The notes under the pieces are model-generated. The model ran no database searches, was not told the DNA's origin, and was given only the letters and a program-made list of their open reading frames with translations. A stretch of DNA of 64,000 bases from Epiperipatus broadwayi (taxonomy: Eukaryota > Animalia > Onychophora), in NCBI GenBank assembly GCA_028023455.1, contig JAQFVV010000006.1, positions 14,384,001-14,448,000 of the forward strand. The letters run 5' to 3'. Below are positions 1 to 13,546 of this stretch, one piece after another; position 1 is the stretch's first letter, and every line of letters starts with the position of its first letter. Both the position numbers and the translations under genes were made by a program.

Positions 1-359
1 TATTAGCCTAACTGAGAAACTGTGAGGAGTTTATCGGGCTTGGTAATGCCTTCCAATGGCGGTCTGAATGGTTTTAATTAAGAATAGCTAGAGACCTATT
101 TACTGACCAATATTGGATGATTAGCTGGGTTGTTCCAGGAATGATTATCTTAAAATATATATTTATAACTGACTGAAACCTGAAAAAATTTTCAAGTTTT
201 TATGTAATCCAGATTCAATCTAAGACACTAGGCATGGCAAAAAGTTGTACTATATTATATTTAGGAAAGTTGTCTAATCAAATTACCATAGGAATGCATG
301 TAAATGAATAAAAGCAATCACCCATATTTATGCATAGCGAAAAACAACACTATTTCATC

Positions 360-2100
<1,741 letters not shown>

Positions 2101-2499
2101 TTTATTAGGAGTAAATGAAGGTCTTAATAATCATCATCCTTCGGTGAAGTTACTTCCTGGGCGAGCAATCATGTACGGCAAAAGTGTCCACCATTGATTT
2201 GATCTGAGCTCGGGAGGTGGGGTTGGAATTCAGTTTGAACCGCCTGAGTTTGGGTTTGTTGATGTGTTGGCTTCTTTTTGACCGGTACAATATGCTATGT
2301 CATCCAAAACAGACATCATATCAAGTGTAAATTAACATGATCCTCTGCCATACATCGATGTAATGACTTTTAATATTTTAAATTAAAAATACATAACGAT
2401 TAAAAGTATTAAAAATCTCACATTTACATATATATTATAAAGAGTATGCTAAGGACTGTATCCTAAGAACCTAGTTAAGTTATCATAAATAAGTAATTA

Positions 2500-2640
2500 T
2501 TATGAAATTATTAAAATTAGAAATGGATGAATCTAATCAAGAGGATAAAAAATAGTAAAACTTTTGAACTGCATGTCAAAAGATTGTAAAAGACCTAGAA
2601 AGAGACTGCAAGTGAGATAGACGGGTGAAATACCGTTATT
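2500..2640 (+). mobile_element. Degenerate 3' fragment of RTE LINE
   Basis: Translates to KDCKRPRKRLQVR, matching RDCKRPRKRPHVRW in the RTE ORF at 13556-15856. Confidence 0.6.
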
Positions 2641-4080
2641 GGTATAATGTGGACAAGAAATGCAGTCTCTTTCTAAGTTTTTTACAATCTTTTGAGATCC
2701 AATTCAAGACTTCAACTATCTCAAAAAAAAAAAAAATCTAAATAATAACACTAGTTTTTAGAGTTTTAATTTTTTATTTTTATCTCAAACAACATTTTAT
2801 CTCAAACAAAATTGCACATTTCTAATTCAAATATTAAGACACCAATTCAATATATGGTAGAATCTGATGCTAATTTGTACAGTCATCTATTCTAAGCAAA
2901 AAATGTAATTACAAAATGATTATTGGTGTACACTATGCATTAATATAGACAATTGACTAATGATTCATTAACATGTTTGTGTATGGCTTAATTAGACTTT
3001 GATACACATATTTAAAAGCTTGTTTTGACGTATGTCTTGGGTATATTGTTTATATGTGAGTGTTTTACAATTACATACCATTATTTTTTTTAAAAAAATA
3101 TTTATATCTATATTAAAGTTGATTCAATCAAACATCTTAAAACAAAGCAGAGATATAAGAATTTAATTAAAATTCCAAATTAGTAGAGTGATGATAATTT
3201 GGGATTGTTACAAGTTTATCACTAATGATAAATTATAGCATGCTATGAAAGAATAGATATGAAGAAAGTACTAATAAATAATGATTTATTTACTTACATG
3301 ACTCAGCTCATTAGAAAAGAATAGTATATATAAACGTTTTGAATCCTTAGATCAGAAAAAATAAATTTCTAGTCAATAGTTTTGTAAACTGAACTTGCGA
3401 TCATCACGCTCGGAGCATACAATGCAAGCTGACAGAATAATAAATTTGTTTATTTAAGTTTAATAATTACAATTTCAAATGTGTGGTGAAATCTGTAGAC
3501 ATGTGAACTTATGAAATACTAGTTTTAAGTACTTTTCTGAAATTTAATACAATCCATTCATGAGAGATATAAAAATAAAACAGTCTTTAATAAATAGCTC
3601 ATTGCAGGGAAAAACCTTATTGTATGGATATGCATGGATACATAATGAAAGAGAAGATAGACTCATCAGCCTTGCCCAGTTTGGAATGCAGTTTCCATTC
3701 TTGTTTTACTTCCAAGCTAACAATAGCTAGATTGCTATTTATTGGTCAATAGAAGTTAGCAAGATGGCCTAAAAAAATCCTAAGTCTAATAAAAATTTTA
3801 AAACTTTATTTGGTCCTGGATTTGAAATCAAATTATAGGCATGGTGCCCATCAAGACTGTTACAAATGAGATAGTATTAAAATAGTTAATATATATTAAA
3901 AAAATATTTAAAGGCAGTACGTAAATACTGAATGTTTCTTATAAGCAAATCACATACTGCCTTAAAATTACATATGCTCCGGAAATAATTTCATCTTAAT
4001 TTAAATTCAGCCCATTCCTCTCTAATATATATATTGATACGTAATGATCCAATAATAAGAGGGGTTAAATTGATGTAATG

Positions 4081-4303
4081 TCTATATGAATAAGACTACA
4101 ATATCAAATCCAGTAAGAGTTTTGCGCATTCCATCATCGGTTTTTCCAGTGAAATGGACAGTTGAATAGTTGGAGGGCGAGAAGACTGAAGCCTGTTCAT
4201 TAAAGTTTGAGGAATCGCTATTTTAATATAAACCGAGCACCGTGGAAGACTATGATTTGGACCAACTGATGAGTGCTGGTTCTGCACAAAATACGTTTAT
4301 TGG
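4081..4303 (+). repeat. Family C repeat (Penelope pLTR-like) with degenerate minimal hammerhead
   Basis: accaa-CTGATGA-gtgctggttctgcac-AAAA-TACGTTT-A-ttgg at 4261-4303 (G12 changed to A); homologous to 18370-18411, 18879-18918 and 55627-55830. Confidence 0.7.
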
Positions 4304-6039
4304 GAAATCATGTATCTTTTTCACATGCATGTGGTCATGTGTACTGGTTACTTGAGATGGAGTGGAGGATAAACAAATTGAAAAATCCTGAGTACAAATC
4401 CCTCTACTTATATATTAAAAAAATGAGTTTGATTTGATCAGTAATGCACTAAAATCAAAAATGTTTTGCTCCAACCATAATTTTGGTTGTTATATCTAAC
4501 TTGAAATAAAATCATGAGATGTACATAAATTAATTAATTGAATCACTAATTTAATTGAATTAATTAATTTATGGATACCCCACACTATTATTTCAAGTTT
4601 AACAATTAAAATTGTGATTGAAGAAAAAAAAATATTGGGGGTTTTAAAGTGCATTATTGATCAAATTAAATAAAACTGTTTTTCATAAAATATTTTTTTA
4701 TACAAATTATTTTTTAGTACTGATTTGCAAATGTCTTTTTGCAACTATGCATATTCAAATTTAAAAATTGAGAATAAAACCAATGGCAATTTTTCCAATA
4801 TTTGAAATAAAATACATGCATTAAAAATCATTCACAAGAGTTTTATGTTTATGAAGGCAACATTTTAAATTCAACAATTAAGACAATTAAAATTTCATCC
4901 TTCATTTCTTTTTCTTTCCATTTTAATTAACTATAAATGCTTTTTAGTGAATTAGTCATATAAACCAATGTAAGTGCATTTTTATATACTGCCGTCTATT
5001 GTACGTCACTGAAAACTTACTGAGCTGATATCAATGTGGATGGAAATTCGGCCAGCCAACATTGTTCGACTAGACAAACAGCTGGCAATCCTGAAATATT
5101 GCATTAGATTGATATCTAACAAGTGTACAAAATTTGATGATAATCCATTGAAGTGTGCCAAAAATCGGTTACAAGATTTTAACTAAATAAATAGCAGACT
5201 GAATTTCTAAGTTAAATAAAAGTGTTTAATAAAACGGATTAATTGGTGAATAAAAAAACTTCCCATGTACAAGTGGAAATCATCAGAAAATATTTTTAAG
5301 TTGCAATGTTTCTTATAAGAAAAGTTTAAAGGTTGTGGTACTTCCAGAAAAATGAAAACTTAAGATTCTGCCTACAAATTTATTACAAAACTAAAATTTT
5401 CTAGCAACCAATTATAGTTCCTAAATCCATACGATACAAGTGGATGGAAGAGAACCAATATCCAAAAATATTAAAATCAGTAACAGACATAAATCTAATT
5501 GCCAATCTCTCAATTAAGGTTATTCAAATGGTGCAAGAAGATAATTATGAGACTGAATTATGGGATAACATAACTCATTAGGTTTATGATGATGAATCAT
5601 TCCATATGATAATCTTATTCTACATAACAGTATAAATGAAGACCAAGTGGCATACCAAATTAAGAAAATTGTTTTAGCATTAATCTACAGGTTGGAAAGC
5701 TCAAATGCTCTGCATGATTGGTACAGTGGTAGACTTGAGTTCAAAAATCAGGGATTATGGTCCAGATCTGTCATTTCCTGTTCAAATTTCTTATGAACTC
5801 CTAACCAATAAACCATTTAATTATTAGTTTTTTTAAACAAATGAAATTTAGGTAGTTTTCTATTCTATAGTGTCAGCCGTTTGATGGCGTTGATGTTAAT
5901 CAAAAACACATACATATTACGATTCCGGGTCTGTGATTTTATATAAATATCGGCTTTAGTTTTGTAATAGGAAATTAGAGGAACTAATAGTAAATAATAT
6001 TACTATTTAAAAAACAAAATGTAAAAATTCACATTAAAT

Positions 6040-7146
6040 TTAAAAATGATACCCGAATAATTTATGTTTTTTGGACAGTAATTAATCATAAAATGGGTTG
6101 TTTTTGTTTGTGTGTATCTATAAAAAGTTAGGGTATTTTTTAAATAGAAAATAATATGCAATAATACATTTTTCAATTTACACAAAATTTCTATATTCAT
6201 GCTAAATTTAAAAATGATACCCGACTAATTTGCTTTTTTTTTTGACAGTAATTAATCAGAAAGTAGGTTCTTTTTGTTAGTGTGTATATATAAAAAGTAC
6301 TGTTATTTAAATACTACATTTAAAAATGATACCCAACTAATTTGCTTTTTTTTTTTTTTTGGACAGTAATTAATCAGAAAGTGGATTGTTTTTGTTAGTG
6401 TGTAGATATCAAAAGTAATATTATTTAAATACTAAATTTAAAAATGATATCCAAATAATTTTTTTTTCTTTGGTATTGATAGTAATTAATCAGAAAGTGG
6501 ATTTTATTTTCTTTGTGTGTATATATATATAAAGTTATAGTCTTTTTTGAATAGAAAATAATATGCAATTCTACATTATTCAATTTACCCACAACATTTA
6601 AAAAATTCACACTAAATTTTAAAATGATACTCAACTAATTTGCTTTTTTTTTGGACAGTAATTAATCAGAAAGTAGTTCTTTTTGTTAGTGTGTATATAT
6701 AAAAAGAACTGTCATTTAAATAATTTAAAAATGATACCCGATTAATTTGCTTTTTTTTGGACAGTAATGAATCAGAAAGTAGGTTTTTTTTGTTAGTGTG
6801 TATATATAAAAAGTACCGTTATTTAAATACTAAATTTAAAAATGATACCTGACTTATTTGCGTTTTTTGGGACAGTAATTAATCAGAAAGTGAGTTCTTT
6901 TTGTTATTGTGTACAAATAAAAAGTACCATAATTCAAATACTAAATTTAAAAATCAAACCCAACTATTTTGCTTTTTTTTTTTGACAGTAATTAATCAGA
7001 AACTGGGTTCTTTTTGTTAGTGTGTAGATATAAAAAACTAATATTTAAATAGTAAATGTAAAAATAATACCAGACTAATTTTCTTTTTTGACAGTAATTA
7101 ATAATCAGACACTGGGTTGTTTTTGTTTGTGGGTATATATAAAAAG
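6040..7146. repeat. Minisatellite, about 9 units of 110-170 bp
   Basis: Recurring aaaaatgatacc..ctaatttgctttttt..gacagtaattaatcagaaagt..tttttgttagtgtgtatatataaaaagt; units 1 and 4 carry an extra 55-60 bp block. Confidence 0.9.
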
Positions 7147-7579
7147 TAACTTGTCATGGACGAATTCCTGTGAAAATGTTACTTTTCGCGTGATCGTCGA
7201 AATACTGCTCTGCCACATTCTTAAAAGCAATTTTTGAGGGTTACACATTCATAATGAAACCTTCACGACATTGTTAATAAAGTTACAATGTAACAGTATG
7301 TTAGAGCAAAATACCTTTGTACTGAAAGTTTAAATAATTACGACAGACTAAAATCCACATACTCTCACACGAAAGTATAGAGAAAATAGACATTCTAGCA
7401 TTACGATAAAGTTAATAACACAACCAACTACGTCATCCAATAAAGGTATTTGTCTATGCTTTTAGCATAGAAAAAAGCCAGAGCGGCTAGCTGTCAGGGA
7501 CTCTTTCTGTGTTTTATCGGAGAAAGAAGCCTCTTAGGTTGGGTGAGGCTGCTGAAACAGTATATTTCTAAAAATTGAC

Positions 7580-10500
7580 CTAGAAATAGCACCATCATGC
7601 AGCTGACATGATAGAATAGAAAACAACCGAAATGTATTTCAATCAGAGAAAACTGTTTTAAATTTTCTAAAAATTGAAATGAATTGATCACTGTTCATCT
7701 TAAAATTGCTCAGATTGAGCCCTCATGAAATCTTCCATTTCCCCCTCTATTTATGAGGCAGATAAAATTGTAAAATTAAAAATATGAATGAAGACATTAC
7801 AAAAATAAAATTTAAGATATACTATTGAGATCACAGAATTAAAGTTAACACAGGCGTAAAATGCTGAAAACTCTATGTCGGTTCTCACATTTTATTAAAA
7901 GAAACTATTTCAAATGATGCATGGGATTAAATAGGATCCCAAAATCCTAGCTAAATAGAGGGGTAAGAGAGATTTGTAAAAAAAATTCTGCATCTCTCGG
8001 ACTAATTAACCCATGAATAATATCACTAAAAAAAAAAAAATTCATAATATTTTATCAGAGACACAGTAAAACATATAGTATATATTATAGTAAAATTTCG
8101 TATAACAATTTAATGCTAAGCAGTCATATATATTTACTATCTTTCATATATAAAAAAATTCAATAAAATTGTTTTCTCTCTTTTTGCTTTTGAAAACTAT
8201 TGATTTTCATGAACCCATATATATTACAATACATTATACATGTTTCCGACGTTTCAACAACTTCCTTGTAGTCATTATTAAGGATCTTCCATGACCAAGA
8301 GCGTTGGTGCCTACTATATTTACAAAGTTGGCAACTTTTTGTTGAAAATTATATTAATATTATATAATTTATAATCATATCCTCTATATGTTTCTCATCT
8401 TTTAAATTTAGCATTAATATTTATGGATTTGCTGCAGAGTAAATAAATTTTCAATCTGAAATAATTAGCTAAATGCATTTTTAACAGTGAACAACTATAT
8501 TTGTAGCAAAGTTAATCTGTTATTCAATATGAAAACTCTTATATAAGGAAGTATTTGCTGCAATGTTTTAATGATATAGATGATTTATGTGTACATATAT
8601 ATATTCTCACAGATAAATAATTTCATAGTATTATTTCTGGGAGTTTCTGCATAATTCTACGTAATAAAAATATAATAGCTAAATAGCTGACATTTTAGTA
8701 CAATAACAAGTATTTTTCTCAGAGCTTCTTCTTTCTCAAATCATAAGAATGTGTGTGGTAAGATTTAAAATCTTATTTCTTTCTTTTGTTATTTTCTCCT
8801 CATTCTTAAATTCTATTGGTTGAGAAGTTTTAAAAAATATTTTATCCTCCAATGGTTTTTTCCAAATATTATTACTTTTCTTTAATTCGCATTTTTCATT
8901 TATCCTCTTAGGCTATTTTAAAAATCTCTATAGCTTTCCTTAACAGTCTCTGCTCATATTGTTCAATTTTTGCCAGAATATGTGTTTTATTAAAATTGAT
9001 GTCATGGCTTGTTAATTTAATTTGATCACAAAATTATTAAGAGAGCTCTTTTATATAATAAGAAAAAAAATTTTGATATTTCAAAAATTAAGTTATTTAA
9101 AGGAAGTAAATGATAAAATTGGTAATGTTTTAAAAACAAAATAATATCCACATTAAAAAAATTCAATTTCCATGCCCTAAAGATAAAATTCCTTTATAGT
9201 TTCATGATTCATCGGCCATTTATCACATAGTGAATTAACAAAACATGACATCAATTTTAATAAAACATCTATTCTGGAAAAAATTGAACAATATAACGAG
9301 AAACTGCTAAGGGAAGCTATAGAGATTTTTTAAAAAGGCTTAAAAGCATAAATGAAAAGTGTGAATTAAAGAAAATTAACAATATTTGGAAAAAGTTGTT
9401 GGAGGATAAAATATTTTTTAAAACTTTTCAACCAATAGAATTTAAGAATGAGGAAAAAAAAAAGACTTTAAATCTCATCACACACATTCTTTTGATTTGA
9501 GAAAGAAGAAGCTCTGAGGAAAGTACTTGTTATTATACTGAAAACTGAAACGTTAGCTATTATATTTTTATTACAAAGTTCTCGGAAATAATACTATGAA
9601 TACACATATACATTTCCTAATATGCTCTAATATGACCGTTGTTGTAAATTATTTGTTCATCTATTCACAGTACTGCGTGCCTAGCAATAAATTATATCCT
9701 CTTTTCTGTTAATACACTCAATTTAATTCATTTTAACTTTTTTTTAGGATCAAAGCAATTATATTGAAACAGGAAAAGGCTAAGAGCCATTGCTTTGAAT
9801 CTACAATGATTAAAATTGTTTGCACTGAACAGAAAGGAAAAAAAAGTTTATTATCAATGCAGATAGCAAAACGAATAGGCAAGCGAACAGGGTACTTACA
9901 TTGAACATATATGAAAAAATATCTGGATATATAATATTGATTTGGTAATGAGTAATAGATTATATAATATTGAAATGTATTTGACTTCTTATGAAATAAT
10001 GAAAATTTATTTGCCCCACAGTACAAGAAAAATAAATAAAGCATCACACGACCAGAAATATTACCAAATTCACCACTTCCTTTATTTTGTAGTAATATCT
10101 TATATACATACAATTTGGTTCTGAAGAAGACTGCAGGATAGTTGAAACGTAAAATCATGTATCCAAATAGATACACTTTTTCTTGCATTCTATATGGCAG
10201 TGCCATCTAATGTAAGCTATAGTAATGAATAGATGCCAGAAAATTTCTATTGATTATTGTAGTTTGCATTAGATGGCACTATCATATGCAGAATTGTTAT
10301 TATTTCTGCAGTAAAAACATCATTCATTGACTAAATTTATGTTAATAAATGCCAAATATGTTATTTTAAAAAACAAGTAATCACATGAACATCATGCTAT
10401 AGCATTTTCTTAAGATGAATTATGTTTGTCACCAATCAAATACTTAGCCGTGGAGTTGATTTACTTATGGCAGTGGTGATAATGGTCAATTTTCCAAATA

Positions 10501-12872
10501 GAAATGAACTAAACCATTAAACATCACATAATCACCATTCTTTATGCTTACACAAGCTGTTTACATAGAGGCAACACTCTCCCTGCAGTAGCACCATTCA
10601 GTGCAAGCCAGAGCAATGGTGCAAGCCAGAGCAATCAATGGATGCAGGAAGATTTTTTTTCCATAAAATCGCTATCTAGTGCCTACTCATCCAATAGCCC
10701 CAGACTAGTTTCTAGTTTGTGGCTTACATCAGTGAGGAGCTTTGGATCTGAGTTCAGATCCATATGATTAAACAATCTAATGAGCTTTAATTGAAAACGT
10801 AAGTGCTTTCATTTTGGACTCAAAGCTTTATAATTAGCTAACAAGGTAAAAGGTGGCTGCTGGTGGGTTGCAATAGATACTAAGATCTAGGTGCAATGCT
10901 CTCAGATCCAAAGCTCCTCAATGATGAAAGCCACAAGCTAGAAACTAGTCTGGGGAAATTGGATGAGTAGGTATTAGATAGGGATTGTATGCAAAAACCT
11001 TCCTGCATCCATTGATTACTCTGGCTTGCAATGAATGGCGCTACGGTATGGAGAGTTTTGTCTCTATGCAGAAATGAACTAATAAAAGCTTAAAAGTACA
11101 TGGATAGGTAGATTTTTGCTTAATGTTCAACTACTTTAAAAAGTGAAGATTAAAAACTGTTTCTTGTTATAATCTTTTCTATGATACTTTACCGAAAAAA
11201 CAAAGTAACCACTTGACTACATCAGAACTGAAATTCATTAAAAAAAATGTATAATTCCCAGAAAAGTTGAAAGTGATAACCAGCAAATATACCATTGAAG
11301 AATATACAAAAGTAAACAGATAGACCAGTAAGTAAAGAAACATTTCTGATATGATTGCAAGAAATTGATTTGAAAGCATCTAAAAATATAAGAGATCATA
11401 TAAAGATGAAAGCCAATGAACACAACATATGAATATTTTTAATCTATGCATATTACTACATAAAATGTTATTATCGATTTATTTCCATTAACATTTGCAT
11501 GCACCCACACATATGAGCTTAGTTCACTATTAATACATAACAATTTTCTAGTAATTGACTTTCCTTTAGTTTTATTTTTTTGTTTGCTTAAAGCACATTG
11601 TTTTTTTAAAAAATCCCACCAATATTACCGTCAATGCCTTTTAATTATTTTGTTTCCTATATTTTTACTAATGAGGGGTTTTCTTCGGGCTGCTTACATT
11701 GCAAAATTGTTTCGCAAAAAATTAAAAACCATTTATCACAATAACATTTTAGAACAGTAGTGCAGGGAGGGATCGCAGAAAAATTATTGTGGTGTGTGAA
11801 AATTTTGAGAAGTTCTTATATTGGATAAATTTTAATTGAAAAAAACCTAAACACTAGCAAAAATACATGAAAACTGCTCAATTTATTACTGTGTTGGACC
11901 ACTTTTATGTTTAAACAGTTCCTTCCTTATATTCCAATTTGCTTTGTATAAACATCACATCATAACAGCACTTCGCTTGTATTGCTCTCATTTCTCTTGT
12001 CCACTCTGTTTTGTTCTTCGTCTTAGTATCCTCCCAATGCTGATACGTGATTTATGTTCTTAAATGTATTCATTTTCTAAAACAGGCTAAAAAAGTTGTA
12101 ATTGCTACAAATCAACAGATCTACTAGGAACATGTACTTTTTGTAACAAGGGTTGCAATTAAATATTTTTAAACTTTATTTCCCATTTTTATGCATATGG
12201 TAGAAATTACAATTTTTAAAAGATAAATGGATAATAAAAACCAATGAATTCCATGGAAGCACAGCCATCGCACTAATTTAATTAAAAAAATTGCTTTTTA
12301 AAGTATTATAATTCTTTTTTTTGCTAATATGCAGTTTTTTCAAAGATCTTATAACAAATAGTATGTACTGAAATATAAAGATATATATATATATGTATGT
12401 GTTAAAACGACTTTTATTATTACTATCCTTATATAGGATGGTAACAACATATAATGAATCATCTGAATGTGAGAATTGCAAATACTGCTTTAGAAAGATG
12501 AAAGAAAAAAAAAAAGTTCGCAATATTTCAGAATAAAAACAATGAAATATAGATTAAATATATTTGCATAAATATATTTTTAAAAAAATTGAAAATATTC
12601 AAGGAAAACAAAATGACATAATAGGCTGCATGACACATGCATTTCCTTCACATTATAACAAAAAAGTTCGAATGTATAAAAAAAATCTACTAACAATCTT
12701 TACAAATAAAATAAGAACTAATTTATTATTAGATGGAGAACAAATAATATATTTATAGAATCAATTTAGAGATATTATATTATGGTAAAATCTGATAACT
12801 ATTACAAAATGTTAATGTAAACTCAATAAAATTTTGCTATTCAAAAAAAAATATTCAAAAACTTACCGGCAT
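7580..12872 (-). CDS. Unidentified spliced gene, hydrophobic or membrane-type protein, divergent from GPN3
   Basis: Candidate exons 12872-12867 (ATG CCG/gtaagt), 11379-11193, 10130-9900, 9824-9738 and 7666-7580 have AG/GT boundaries and join in compatible phases (0,1,1,1) without stops. No family recognised and the 3' end is unresolved. Confidence 0.4.
8621..9601 (+). mobile_element. Penelope-like element 3' fragment with inverted pseudo-LTR (about 390-bp arms)
   Basis: 8621-9017 is the reverse complement of 9233-9601. 9241-9330 encodes KHDINFNKTSILEKIEQYNEKLLREAIEIF, resembling the GIY-YIG endonuclease C-terminus of PLEs. Confidence 0.7.
10520..11070. mobile_element. Family A hammerhead-bearing repeat, inverted pair
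   Basis: Arms about 10564-10752 (-) and 10902-11070 (+); hammerhead motifs at 10698-10737 (-, A9 changed to T) and 10916-10955 (+, C3 changed to A). Confidence 0.8.
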
Positions 12873-13248
12873 TTTAAAACTATACTATATTCATCTATAT
12901 ATTTATTTTAATTTAAAAAACGAAAATTTAACACGGAAATTAAAACTGAATCTCGATATACGGAAGTTCTTCCATGAACGACACCGCCTAGTATAATCTC
13001 GAAACTGCGATTGCTATAAAATCAACCTAAGATGTTAAAAATTATTATAAATTTTAATAAAAAATTTCTTTTATAAAAGACAAAAAAAATTGGTATGAAC
13101 ATAAAGTGTCTTTTTATTATATCATATTTGGTTTTTAAATATCAAAATAATTTTCACTCGGTAGACGAGAGTGTTTGTTTCAAAAGAAATGGCGACGTCC
13201 ATATTTAAATAAGTCCTATTGCAGAATGTCTAACTAATTACTTTCACC
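12873..13248. promoter_or_regulatory. Putative bidirectional promoter between the unidentified gene and GPN3
   Basis: 376 bp between divergent ATGs, locally CpG-enriched, with YY1-like AAATGGCG at 13187-13194. Confidence 0.5.
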
Positions 13249-13293
13249 ATGAGATATGCTCAAATGGTATTAGGTCCTGCTGGAAGTGGCAAG
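13249..13293 (+). CDS. GPN3: GPN-loop GTPase 3, exon 1
   Basis: MRYAQMVLGPAGSGK (P-loop), donor gtaat. Confidence 0.96.
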
Positions 13294-13546
13294 GTAATAA
13301 ATGTATTTCAGAATATAATATAAATGGGTTGTGTTTATTTAACTGGAGTATAGGCTAAGAATTGATTCCACATTATAATAAATCGTTTCGCAGATTATTT
13401 GCACGGATTTTACGAACTAGAAATAATTTGTATCGGATTTTGTTTCAAAGGCATCATAAAGATGGCTTTTTGAAACTTTGCTTCTTGATTGAGTGTAATG
13501 CGTCATTTCAATAAATGAGTTGAATGCCCTCTAAAATTATTCACTA

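Noticed and set aside
3350-3407. Possible C/D snoRNA (GTGATGA..CTGA on the - strand)
   Set aside because: Only about 55 nt, no terminal stem, and no recognisable rRNA guide.
3298-3428. Exon-like segment with two in-frame TGA codons (selenoprotein idea) and a CxxC
   Set aside because: No convincing SECIS downstream and no selenoprotein similarity; all three frames have stops.
6040-7146. CRISPR-like array
   Set aside because: The units are contiguous diverged tandem repeats without unique spacers, in a eukaryotic context with no cas genes.
12278-12523. Possible extra exon of the divergent gene after a strong acceptor near 12490
   Set aside because: No clear donor giving a compatible phase; left out of the model pending RNA data.
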